From the NCBI RefSeq assembly GCF_963921235.1, contig NC_086108.1:47432001-47496000 (forward strand): DNA of 64,000 nucleotides. The letters run 5' to 3'. Origin of the DNA: Mobula hypostoma. Lineage: Eukaryota. Position 1 is the stretch's first letter; every line of letters starts with the position of its first letter. Shown piece by piece: positions 40,671-51,850 of the stretch. The translations under genes and the position numbers were made by a program. Under the pieces are notes generated by a model. The model did no database searches. It was not told where the DNA came from and saw only the letters and a list, made by a program, of their open reading frames with translations.

Positions 40671-41585
40671 TTAGCGGAAGTTAGAGAAGTCGATGTTCAT
40701 GCCATCAGGTTGGAGGCTACCCAGACGGAATATAAGGTGTTGTTCCTCCAACCTGAGTGTGGCTTCATCTTTACAGTAGAGGAGGCCGTGGATAGACATG
40801 TCAGAATGGGAATGGGGTGTGGAATTAAAATGTGTGGCCACTGGGAGATCCTGCTTTCTCTGGCGGACAGAGCATAGATGTTCAGCAAAGCGGTCTCCCA
40901 GTCTGCGTCGGGTCTCGCCAATATATAGAAGGCCACATCGGGAGCACCGGACGCGGTATATCACCCCAGTCGACTCACAGGTGAAGTGTTGCCTCACCTG
41001 GAAGGACTGTTTGGGGCCCTGAATGGTGGTAAGGGAGGAAGTGTAAGGGCATGTGTAGCACTTGTTCCGCTTACACGGATAAGTGCCAGGAGGGAGATCA
41101 GTGGGGAGGGATGGGGGGGACGAATGGACAAGGGAGTTGTGTAGGGAGCGATCCCCGCAGAATGCGGGGGGGGGGGAGGGAAAGATGTGCTTAGTGGTGG
41201 GATCCCGTTGGAGGTGGCGGAAGTTACGGAGAATAATATGTTGGACCCGGAGACTGGTGGGGTGGTAGGTGAGGACCAGGGGAACCCTATTCCTAGTGGG
41301 GTGGCGGGAGGATGGAGTGAGAGCAGATGTACGTGAAATGGGGGAGATGCGTTTAAGAGCAGAGTTGATAGTGGAGGAAGGGAAGCCCCTTTCTTTAAAA
41401 AAGGAAGACATCTCCCTCGTCCTAGAATGAAAAGCCTCATCCTGAGAGCAGATGCGGCGGAGACGGAGGAATTGCGAGAAGGGGATGGCATTTTTGCAAG
41501 AGACAGGGTGAGAAGAGGAATAGTCCAGATAGCTGTGAGAGTCAGTAGGCTTATAGTAGACATTAGTGGATAAGCTGTCTCCAGA
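40671..41585 (-). pseudogene. Penelope ORF C-terminal part: RT thumb, Cys-rich linker, GIY-YIG endonuclease
   Basis: Open frame ...YYKPTDSHSYLDYSSSHPVSCKNAIPFSQFLRLRRICS...CKRNKCYTC...GVIYRVRCSRCGLLYIGETRRRLGDRFAEH...EQHLIFRLGSLQPDGMN. Frameshift to LPFLDL upstream. Confidence 0.92.
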
Positions 41586-42044
41586 GACAGACAGAAAGAT
41601 CTAGAAAGGGGAGGGAAGTGTCGGAAATGTGTCCTCCTCTACTGTAAAGATGAAGCCACACTCAGGTTGGAGGAACAACTCCTTACATTCCGTCTGGATA
41701 GCCTCCAACCTGATGGCATGAACATCGACTTCTCTAACTTCCGCTAAGGCCCCACCTCTCCCTCGTACCCCATCTGTTACTTATTTTTATGAACACATTC
41801 TTTCTCTCACTCTCCTTTTTCTCCCTCTGTCCCTCTGAATATACCTCTTGCCCATCCTCTGGGTTCTCCCCCCCCCCCCGTCTTTCTTCCCGGACCTCCT
41901 GTCCCATGATCCTCTCATATCCCCTTTTGCCTATCACCTTTCCAGCTCTCGGCTCTATCCCTTCCCCTCCTGTCTTCTCCTATCATTTTGGATTTCCCCC
42001 TCCCCCTCCAACTTTCAAATCCCTTACTCACTCTTCCTTCAGTT

Positions 42045-42080
42045 AGTCCTGACGAAGGGTCTCGGCCTGAAACGTCGACT
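42045..42080 (+). ncRNA. Minimal type I hammerhead ribozyme motif, sense to the RNF2 pre-mRNA; predicted cut after C42076
   Basis: AGTC-CTGACGA-AGGGTCTCGGCCT-GAAAC-GTC-GACT read on the plus strand. Confidence 0.75.
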
Positions 42081-42509
42081 GCGCCTCTTCCTAGAGATGC
42101 TGCCTGGCCTGCTGCGTTCACCAGCAACTTTGATGTGTGTTAGTAGAACTACAAGATGTCTTCTAAGTATATGAAGAGCTGGATTGATATGGCAGGGTAG
42201 GAATTTCGTGTTCCTCAGGTAAAGTAAGGATGGAAGTTGTTTGGGATTGTTGTGGTTGGGCTGAACTTCTGGGGCTTCACAGCCTGATATGATTTTGGCA
42301 TCTCTTGTGACCATACAGTAACTCATCAGTATTCTTTCAAATACTTTGGGCTGCATGAGTTAACTGTTTAGGGAATGGAATATACAGAAAATAACCATCT
42401 TTTAGCATGACATGTGAGTGAGCTTTAGAATTCATGATATTTAATGCGGTGACTTCAGAAGGAAAGTGTTGCATAGCAGCCCATTTTATTTAAGCACCCC
42501 CCCCCCGAT

Positions 42510-42692
42510 TTAACCCTACCAAATCACAGGTTAATTGGTCATTGTAAATTGTCCTATCAAGCAGTAAGTCTTTGCACTGTGGGAGGAAACTGGAGCACCC
42601 AGAGGAAACCCAACAGGCGAACGTACAAACTCCTTACAGCAACGTGAAATGAACCCAGGTTGCTGGTACTGTAAAGCTTCGTGCTAACCATT
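42510..42692 (-). mobile_element. V-SINE/HE1-like fragment
   Basis: GTGGGAGGAAACTGGAGCACCCAGAGGAAACCCA...GTACAAACTCC...GAACCCAGG is the reverse complement of a V-domain and B box. Confidence 0.65.
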
Positions 42693-43184
42693 AAACTAGT
42701 GTATTTTAATTGCTGGGATCACCTTGTTTGCCATTGCACAATTCCTGGAAGCTGGTCAAAGGCACTGGTTCTTGTAGATTGTACTTGACCAGACTTGGCA
42801 ACAAAGAAATTTTTAAAAGAAAGGGAGCATAAACACATTAACTTTGAAATTTAAAGGTTATTTCATTAGAAAATAAAAGAAGGAATACTCAGCATGTAAA
42901 GCAACAATTCTAGAGAAAGAATTCTGGGGTTAGGAATCCAGGTGAGTGGCTTTTCACTCACCTGAATATGGAGGTGTTCTTATATGAACTGAATATTAAA
43001 ATGTTCCTTTAAAATTTGCCAACATGCCACCTAGTGATTTAGATGAAAAAATCCTTGACCCACAATATTAATCCCTCTTGCATTAGGGGTAAGTTGACCT
43101 GCTGAGTATTTCTACAAGATTTGTTATTTATATTTCAAATTTCCAAAATTTCCAGTATTTTACTTTGTTTACTCAGAACAAATT

Positions 43185-44330
43185 ACCTGGACGCAACATT
43201 CTGATGCCGCTATAAAGAAGGCAAGACGAGGGCTGTACTTCATTCGGAATTTGAGGAGATTTGGTTTGTCAACTAAAACGCTCAAACTTCTACAAATGTA
43301 CTGTGGGAGAGTATTCTGACTGGCTGCATCACCGTTTGGTATGGGGAGGGCTACTGCACAGGATTGAAGTAAGGTGCAGAAGTTTGTAGTTAGTCAGCTC
43401 CATCATAGGTATTGGCTCCATTGTATCCGAGACGTCTTCAATGAGTGGTGCCTTAGGAAGGTGGCGTCCATTATTAAGGACCCGCACCACCCAAGACATG
43501 CCTTCTCATTGTTACTGTAGGGAAGGAGGTACAGAAGCATGAAGGCACACTCTCAGCGGTTCAGGAATAAATTCTTCTCCTCTGCCATTCTATTTCTAAA
43601 TGGATATTGAACCCATGAACGTGACCTGACTACTTTTTTTTAAATTTCTGGTTTCATTTTTTTTGCACTACTTATTTTAACTTAGCTATTTAATATATAT
43701 ATTTATATATTTATTGTAATATGTTTATCATGTATTTCATTGTACTGTCGCCGTAATGTTAACAAATTTCACGTTGTGTACCGGTGATAATGAAACCTGA
43801 TTCTTATTCTGAAATTACGATATGAAATAGGGGCAGGGGTGGATCAACCCCTTTCACTGAATGAGATTGTGGCAGGTCGTGTTCAGATTCAGGATCAGAT
43901 TTAATATCACTGTCTTATATGATGTGAAATTTGTTGCTTTGCAGAAGCAGTATAGTGCAACCACAAAATTACAATGAGTTGCAAAATAATAGTGGAGGTA
44001 AAAAGCAACATCAAGGTAGCGTTCGTGGACCATTCAGAAATCTGATGGCAGTGGGAAAGAAGCTGATTATGTATCATTGAGTTTGGGTCTTTAGGCTCCT
44101 GTACCTTCTCCCTGATGTAGCTGTGAGAAGAGGGCATGTCTCGGGCATTGCGTGTCCTCAAAGATAGATGGTGCCTCAAAAAGCCAGCACCTTTTAAAGA
44201 TGTCTTTGATGGTGGGAAGGGACTTGGGCCCATGATAGAGCTGGCCAAATCCACAACTCCATAGCTTTTGGCACATCTTGTGCATTGGAGCTATCCTGCC
44301 AGGCAGTGATGCAGCCAGTCAGAATGCTGA
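43185..44330. mobile_element. Two tail-to-tail Rex1/Babar 3' fragments (43185-43810 plus; ~43885-44330 minus)
   Basis: Both resemble the 3' end of the 28430-30325 element, ending in AAACCTGATTCT-type tails. Confidence 0.75.
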
Positions 44331-45274
44331 CTATACAAAATTCCACCTTTGTAATGCTTTCCAGCACTTATCAAAATATCCAAGAAATCCACTGAATTCT
44401 GTTCAGAAGAAGATGCTAACTCTGCGCAAGAGAGTCTACAGATGCTATAACACGGAGCAAAATAAACTAGAAGAACTCAGAGGGTCCAACAGCATTTGTA
44501 GAGGCAGAGAGATGGTTTTGGGTTGAGACCCTTCATCAGGACCTGATTGATTAAGCGTCCACAGCAGATGAGCTTATAGAATCCAAAGATTTACCACCCC
44601 CTAAGTTAGGAAAGTTTTCTTCATTGCATTCCGAAAAGCCCTCCTGATCCCTGTATCCTCATTCAGGGGAAATACCATTCCTCAGTTGGGCCTATCAATC
44701 TGTTCAAGGGTTTTGTGAGTTTCATTGAGATTTCCTCTGATCCTTTTAAATTTTAGTCCCAATTAGTCAACTCTCCTCAAACATCCCTGGAATTAGTCTA
44801 GTGCACTTTTGCTGCACACCTTCTATGCAACTTTCTTAAGAAAGGAAACTCATGACTGTGCACGGCACCATTTATGGTTTCACCAAGGCGTTGTACAACT
44901 TGCAACAAGATTTCCTTTATCCTGTAGTCTAACCCTGGTGCCAAAAGGTTAATATATGATTTGTCCAAATTACCTACTGCATCTGCCTTCAGTGAGTTTG
45001 GTACAAACACACCCAGGTCTCTTTGAACATCAACATGACCCAATTTCATCCCATTTAAGAAAAAACAAAAAAACAAACATGTTGTGCGCAAAGTCACCTA
45101 CCTCAGTGAATGCCCATATTGGCATATATATCGGCCATGTTCTCACCTATTCGCACAATCTCCATGTTCCCAAAAACACTCCTATGAGCTCTGTACACCT
45201 GTGAATATACTCAGTTGAATGTCATCAGCAAACTGGGAAATATGACATTTCTGCCCCCCCCCACCCTCTTTGTG

Positions 45275-45505
45275 TTGGGCACGTGGCCAAGTGGTTAAGG
45301 TGGTCCATCTAGTGATCTGAAGGTCGCTAGTTTGAGCCTCAGCTGTGGCAGCGTGTTTGTGTCCTTGAGCAAGGCACTTAACCACACATTGCTCTAGTGT
45401 CTGTGCGAGGAGTGGCGTCCCACACAGACTTGCAATCTGCGCCTTGTAAGGCATGAAAGTGCCCGATGCAGGCCTCTCATGGTCTGAGTTGACGTTCCCT
45501 CCCTC
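45275..45505 (+). mobile_element. tRNA-derived SINE with CORE-like segment
   Basis: A box TGGCCAAGTGG, B box GTTTGAGCC, CORE-like GTGTCCTTGAGCAAGGCACTTAACC, (CCCT)n tail, C-rich TSD-like flanks. Confidence 0.75.
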
Positions 45506-47081
45506 CCTCCCCCACCCCCTCAGCAAAATTGTTAATGTAGATCCAGAACAGCTGGGGTCAAGCACTGATCTACGAACCACAGTTTGCCAACCTGAAAAGA
45601 CAATTTATTCCTTTTTGTGTCCTCTCTGGTAAATAGTTCTCAATCAGTATATTATCCCAATTCTGTTAGTGTTTATCTTGTTGACCAACTCCTGTGTGGG
45701 AATTCATCAAAACACTTGGAAAATCCATTGGTTCTCACATCTATTCTAATAGTTATGTCATCAAGAATTCTAGTAAAGTAGACAAATATAATTTACTTTT
45801 CATAAATCTGCACAATTCATTTCTAAGATGTTCTGTTTATATATTTCTTTGTAGGTTTGTTTTTCCCCAAAACTATTGTTGAGACAATTTGTGCCCTGTT
45901 TTCTCCAGTAGTGAGGTCATGCTTATTCTCCTCAAATTCACGGGAACAAGTTGGGTTCTGATGTCACTTCATTTAAAAACTCTGAATATACATCATTAGG
46001 CCTTGAGATTAATCAGATTTCAAGCTCAGTAACTTCTCCAGGACTTTGTTTTATTAATAGTTAGTCAGTTCCTCATTTTCATTAGATCCTTCATTGTCCA
46101 CGATATATGTTAGACTTCCTTGTTCTCAGAGCTTCGGATTTCCGTTTTTTTTGCATTGCTTTCAAATTGTTTGATCATCGTTATAAAATATCTTGACTTC
46201 ATTAGACTGTCATCAGGGGAAATATCCAGATTGTCTGGTTAATAAACTGCCTACTGCAATGACAGGATCTTAATGCATTTTTGAAAGCTTGTTTAAGAAA
46301 CGCAAAGCTGCCCTGTGAAGTCTGAAATGGTCAGATGCATGTGCTGCAATGGGGTCTTGCATTTTGCTGAGGAAGGTACTTTTATGTCTGAGAAGAAGGA
46401 ATCTTAATTTTTTTTTGGCAGGAACAAACCAGAACCCTCTGGGCCATTATGTTGCTTTTAAAATGAAGATATTAATACAGTATATGGTGTTATCTTTTCT
46501 ATCTTAGAGAATTTACATATTAGATACTAGCAAAGTTAAGCGTTAATAATTTCTTTCATAACATGGCTGTTAATTAACATGCTGAGATTTGGTTTCAATT
46601 TTAAGTGAAGATATGAATGTGCTTGAAAAATCTTTTACTTGCACATGGAGAACACAATTTCAGTTGTTTTGTAAGTAAATCATTTTGTAACCATTCTGCA
46701 ACAAATTTCTTTCTCTTTGACAATCACCCATAGTGCCACACACTAAATTGTGGAAGTCGTCTTCAGATGGGCAATGAATGCTTTAGAGTAGGACTAAACC
46801 TTCCTCTTTATCTTCTTCTCACCTTGCTGTTCTGCTATTGCGCTTGGCTTCTGTAGAATTCTACCTACCAAGTGCTTGAAAACCAGTAAGACTCTCCCAT
46901 TAATAATGGTGATGGTAGCTGAGGCTAGGTTCTAATTGATCCAGAGGTAATGAGGAGTTCTCTGACTTTTTAAAAATCACTTCACAATGCACCAGAGGCT
47001 GTTGATCACTTAATCCAGAGAGATGTGACTTAACAGCCATTATGTGGCTACTTGATGAAATTTGAACTTTGTGATTTACAG

Positions 47082-47242
47082 GAGGCAATCACAGATGGCA
47101 TGGAGATCGCAGTGTCACCAAGAAGTCTCCACAGTGAGCTGATGTGTCCAATCTGCCTAGACATGCTGAAGAACACTATGACAACCAAAGAGTGTCTCCA
47201 TCGTTTCTGTGCTGATTGTATTGTTACTGCCCTCAGGAGTGG
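47082..47242 (+). CDS. RNF2: RNF2 coding exon 2: [53 protein letters not shown](G), RING finger N-part
   Basis: C3HC4 residues C51, C54, C67, H69, C72, C75 plus I53. Acceptor TTTACAG, donor GG|GTACGT. 161 nt, phase 0 to 2. Confidence 0.98.
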
Positions 47243-48259
47243 GTACGTTATAACATGGATATGACAACCAATGACATTTCCTCCCCTGACTTTGACTCGT
47301 GGTCTATGATTATTTAAAAATTGGGCTGTGTTTGTGTTTAACATGAAAACCCAAAGTGCTTGGTCATATTTGATTTGCGTGTGCAGACTTCTCTTTAAGT
47401 TCGCTGTGGGTGCACCAGTGGGGAACAGCTGAATGAGCATTTCCTCAGCACACCGCTGGCTTCTCACCAGTGTCAGAATGAGAACAGGCAAACAACAGGT
47501 GATCAACCTTTTGTTTTGTAAGAAATTTGGCAGGAGACATGGACTCCATTTTCTCCAAAAAATTAAACAATATTTTACTGACACTGCATAGTAGAAACCT
47601 TTACCACCAAATACTGCATATGTTATTTTAAGTCATAATCCTTGCAACTTTAGATTTCATAAAGAGAAGTAATAGCTGCCTTTTGTTTCCCTTGATAACA
47701 TTTAGATTTTATCTATTTTGATTTTATTTTGTCATGCTTTTCACTTCCTCTTTTGCTCAGAAACATGCTACCAGACCTAAGCCAACCCACCCTTTAACGG
47801 TCAACTGGAAGTTGGGTGGGACCACCCCTCTTTTTGCAGAACAAACGGGCTTTTACTTATTGGCTTGGTACAACAGCACAGCTGCAGGAATTGGGTCACA
47901 GCCTCTGGGCCCTGACTTGCATCACCACCCTGCAAGCTTTGGATTTCTTTCTAATTTTCTCTGTAATCTGAATTTAAATGAGTGCTTGTTGATGCTTCCT
48001 GTACATTCCAATCAGTCAGTCAGCATTATTCCACCATTGGGTTTCTGTCTGACTCTGGAATATGATGAGAAAGTGGTGGAGAAGGGCAAAGTGTTTATAT
48101 TTTAAATCAAGGTTGAATCAACAGCTTGAGAAACAATAATAACATTTTAATTTGTGCGAGTTAAAATGTCATCATGGAAATACAGGAAGGTAATTGATTG
48201 GTATGTTTTTCCTCTCTTTACTTTAGAGGTTTGCTCTAAATTACAAATGAGAACATAAG

Positions 48260-48775
48260 GGGCTGTTGAATTCAGATCAACAGAACAGAAAAGCAGGTGC
48301 AGCAGCTTGGCTCTAATACAGAATGACATCAGTACTGTAGTGGAAAATGATTTTGGCTTGGAAGAGCGAGAGGTTGAATCAGTTTGGGTGGAGCTGTGAA
48401 AATAGCAGGGAAAAGATGTAATTGCTGGGAGTAGTCTAGAGGTCCCTAATGACAGCCGTACTACAGGATAGACTACAGGTCAGGAAATAATGTTATTTCA
48501 GTAATTATGAGTGAATAATAATTATTGAAGACAAACTGACAAAACAAATCAAAGGTAGCCTTGGAAGAATTCAGACTGTGTTCAGGACAGTTTTTGTTTA
48601 GAGCAATACATTTTGGAAAAAGTAAAGGGAGTAGGTTATTTTAGACCTGGTCAGGTAGAATGAAATGGGATTAATTAATTTCAGTATTAAGGGCGACTTA
48701 TTTAAGGTCAAAATGACCAGGAATTGATTCTTTAGAACTCCATACACTCAGAACTGTGGAGGATGAATCACCGAG
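48260..48775 (+). mobile_element. Old CR1 remnants: endonuclease fragment and start of a 3' end that resumes at ~59910-60065
   Basis: Decayed VESVWVEL / LLGVV.R.PN-like coding sequence. CTGTGGAGGATGAATCACCGAGT matches the CR1 3' region seen at ~63525. Confidence 0.6.
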
Positions 48776-48818
48776 TGAGTGAGTGCGTGTGTGTGTGTAT
48801 ATGTATATGTGTATGTAT

Positions 48819-51800
48819 ATAGAACATAGAATAGTACAGCACAGTACAGGCCCTTCGGCCCACAATGTTGTGCCGACCCTCAAACCCTGCCTCCCATATA
48901 AGCCCCCACCTTAGATTCCTCCATATACCTGTCCAGTAGTCTCTTAAACTTCACTAGTGTATCTGCCTCCACCACTGACTCAGGCAGTGCATTCCACGCA
49001 TCAACCACTCTCTGAGTTAAAAAACCTTCCTCTAATATCCCCCTTGAACTTCCCACCCCTTACCTTAAAGCCATGTCCTATTGTATTGAGCAGTGGTGCC
49101 CTGGGGAAGAGGCGCTGGCTATCTGCTCTATCTATTCTTCTTATTATCTTGTACACCTCTGTCATGTCTCCTCTCATCCTCCTCCTCTCCAAAGAGTAAA
49201 GCCCTAGCTCCCTTAATCTCTGATCATAATGCATACTCTCTAAACCAGGCAGCATCCTGGTAAATCTCCTCTGTACCCTTTCCAATGCTTCCACATCCTT
49301 CCTATAGTGAGGTGACCAGTACTGGACACAATACTCCAAGTGTGGCCTAACCAGAGTTTTATAGAGCTGCATCATTACATCGCGACTCTTTAAACTCTAT
49401 CCCTCAACTTATGAAAGCTAACACCCCATAAGCTTTCTTAACTACCCTATCCACCTGTGAGGCAACTTTCAGGGATCTGTGGACATGTACCCCGAGATCC
49501 TTCTGCTCCTCCACACTACCAAGTATCCTGCCATTTACTTTGTACTCTGCCTTGGAGTTTATCCTTCCAAAGTGTACCACCTCACACTTCTCCGGGTTGA
49601 ACTCCATCTGCCACTTCTCAGCCCACTTCTGCATCCTATCAATGTCTCTCTGCAATCTTTGACAATCCTCTACACTATCTACAATACCACCAACCTTTGT
49701 GTCGTCTGCAAACTTGCCAACCCACCCTTTCTACCCCCACATCCAGGTCGTTAATAAAAATCACGAAAAGTAGAGGTCCCAGAACAGATCCTTGTGGGAC
49801 ACCACTGTCACAATCCTCCAATCTGAATGTACTCCCTCCACCACCACCCTCTGCCTTCTGCAGGCAAGCCAATTCTGAATCCACCTGGCCAAACTTCCCT
49901 GGATCCCATGCCTTCTAACTTTCTGAATAAGCCTACCGTGTGGAACCTTGTCAAATGCCTTACTAAAATCCATATAGATCACATCCACTGCACTACCCTC
50001 ATCTATATGCCTGGTCACCTCCTCAAAGAACTCTATCAGGCTTGTTAGACACGATCTGCCCTTCACAAAGCCATGCTGACTGTCCCTGATCAGACCATGA
50101 TTCTCTAAATGCCTATAGATCCTATCTCTAAGAATCTTTTCCAACAGCTTTCCAACCACAGACATAAGGCTCACTGGTCTATAATTACCCGGACTATCCC
50201 TACTACCTTTTTTGAACAAGGGGACAACATTCACCTCCCTCCAATCCTCCGGTACCATTCCCGTGGACAATGAGGACATAAAAATCCTAGCCAGAGGCTC
50301 AGCAAACTCTTCTCTTGCCTCGTGGAGCAGCCTGGGGAATATTCCGTCAGGCCCCGGGGACTTATCTGTCCTAATGTATTTTAACAACTCCAACACCTCC
50401 TCTCCCTTAATATCAACATGCTCCAGAACATCAACCTCACTCATATTGTCCTCACTGTCATCAAGTTCCCTCTCATTGGTGAATACTGAAGAAAAGTATT
50501 CATTTAGGACCTCGCTCACTTCCACAGCCTCCAGGCACATCTTCCCATCTTTATCTCTAATCGGTCCTACCTTCACTCCTGTCATCCTTTTTTTCTTCAC
50601 ATAATTGAAGAATGCCTGGGGTTTTTCCTTTACCCTACTCGCCAAGGCCTTCTCATGCCCCCTTCTTGCTCTTCTCAGCCCCTTCTTAAACTCCTTTCTT
50701 GCTTCCCTATATTCCTCAATAGACCCATCTGATCCTTGCTTCCTAAACCTCATGTATGCTGCCTTCTTCCACCTGACTAGATTTTCCACCTCACTTGTCA
50801 CCCATGGTTCCTTCACCCTACCATTCTTTGTCTTCCTCACCGGGATAAATTTATCCCTTACATCCTGCAAGAGATCTCTAAACATCGACCACATGTCCAT
50901 AGTACATTTCCCTGCAACAACATCATCCCAATTCACACCCGCAAGTTCTAGCCTTATAGCCTCATAATTTGCCTTTCCCCAATTAAAAATGTTCCTGTCC
51001 TCTTTGATTCTATCCTTTTCCATAATAATGCTAAAGGCCAGGGAGCGGTGGTCACCGTCCCCCAGCTGCTCACCCACTGAGAGATCTGTGACCTCACCCA
51101 GTTCATTACCTAGTACTAGATCTAGTATGGCATTCCCCCTGGTTGGTCTGTCCACATACTGTGACAGGAATCCATCCTGGACACACTTAACAAATTCTGC
51201 CCCATCTAAACCCTTGGAACTAATCCGGTGCCAATCAGTATTAGGTAAGTTAAAAGTCCCCCATGATAACAACCTTGTTATTTTTACACCTTTCCAAAAT
51301 CTGCCTCCCATAATCTGCTCCTCTGTATCTCTGCTGCTACCAGGGGGCCTATAGAATACCCCCAGCAGAGTAACTGCTCCCTTCCTGTTCCTGACTTCCA
51401 CCTATATTGACTCAAAAGAGGATCCTGCTACATTACCCACCCTTTCTGTAGCTGTAATAGTATCCCTGACCAGTAATGCCACCCCTCCTCCCCTTTTTCC
51501 ACCTTCTCTATCCCTTTTAAAGCACTGAAATCCAGGAATATTGAGAATCCATTCCTGCCCTGGTGCCAGCCAAGTCTCTGTAATGGCCACTACATCATAA
51601 TTCCATGTATGTATCCAAGCTCTCAGTTCATCACCTTTGTTCCTGATGCTTCTTGCATTGAGGTACACACATTTCAGCCCTTCTACCTTACTGTCTTTAC
51701 ACTGTTTATTCTGCTTCTCTTTCCTCAAAGCTTCTCTGTATGTTAGATCTGGCTTTACTCCATGCACTTCTTTCACTGCTCTATCACTCTGGGTCCCATC

Positions 51801-51850
51801 CCCCTCGCAAATTAGTTTAAACCCTCCCGAACCATGCTAGCAAACCTACC
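48819..51850 (-). mobile_element. CR1 LINE A: complete ORF2 (APE endonuclease + RT) broken by several frameshifts, plus the last 12 codons of ORF1
   Basis: ORFs 51402-51776 (YLNARSIRNK, ITETW), 49761-51401 (GPDG, DFSKAFDKVPH), 49404-49655 and 49001-49375. (TTCTATG) tail. Confidence 0.97.

Larger units (their letters stand above)
40244..42140 (-). mobile_element. Penelope-like retroelement (Neptune-type), 5'-truncated, with inverted pseudo-LTR
   Basis: TSD TTAGTAGAACTACAA (40229-40243 / 42140-42154). ~505-bp inverted arms 40280-40785 / 41633-42140. RT C-terminus/thumb plus GIY-YIG endonuclease on the minus strand. Confidence 0.95.

Noticed and set aside
45275..45350. Possible tRNA gene
   Set aside because: A/B boxes continue into a SINE body and tail; no complete cloverleaf.
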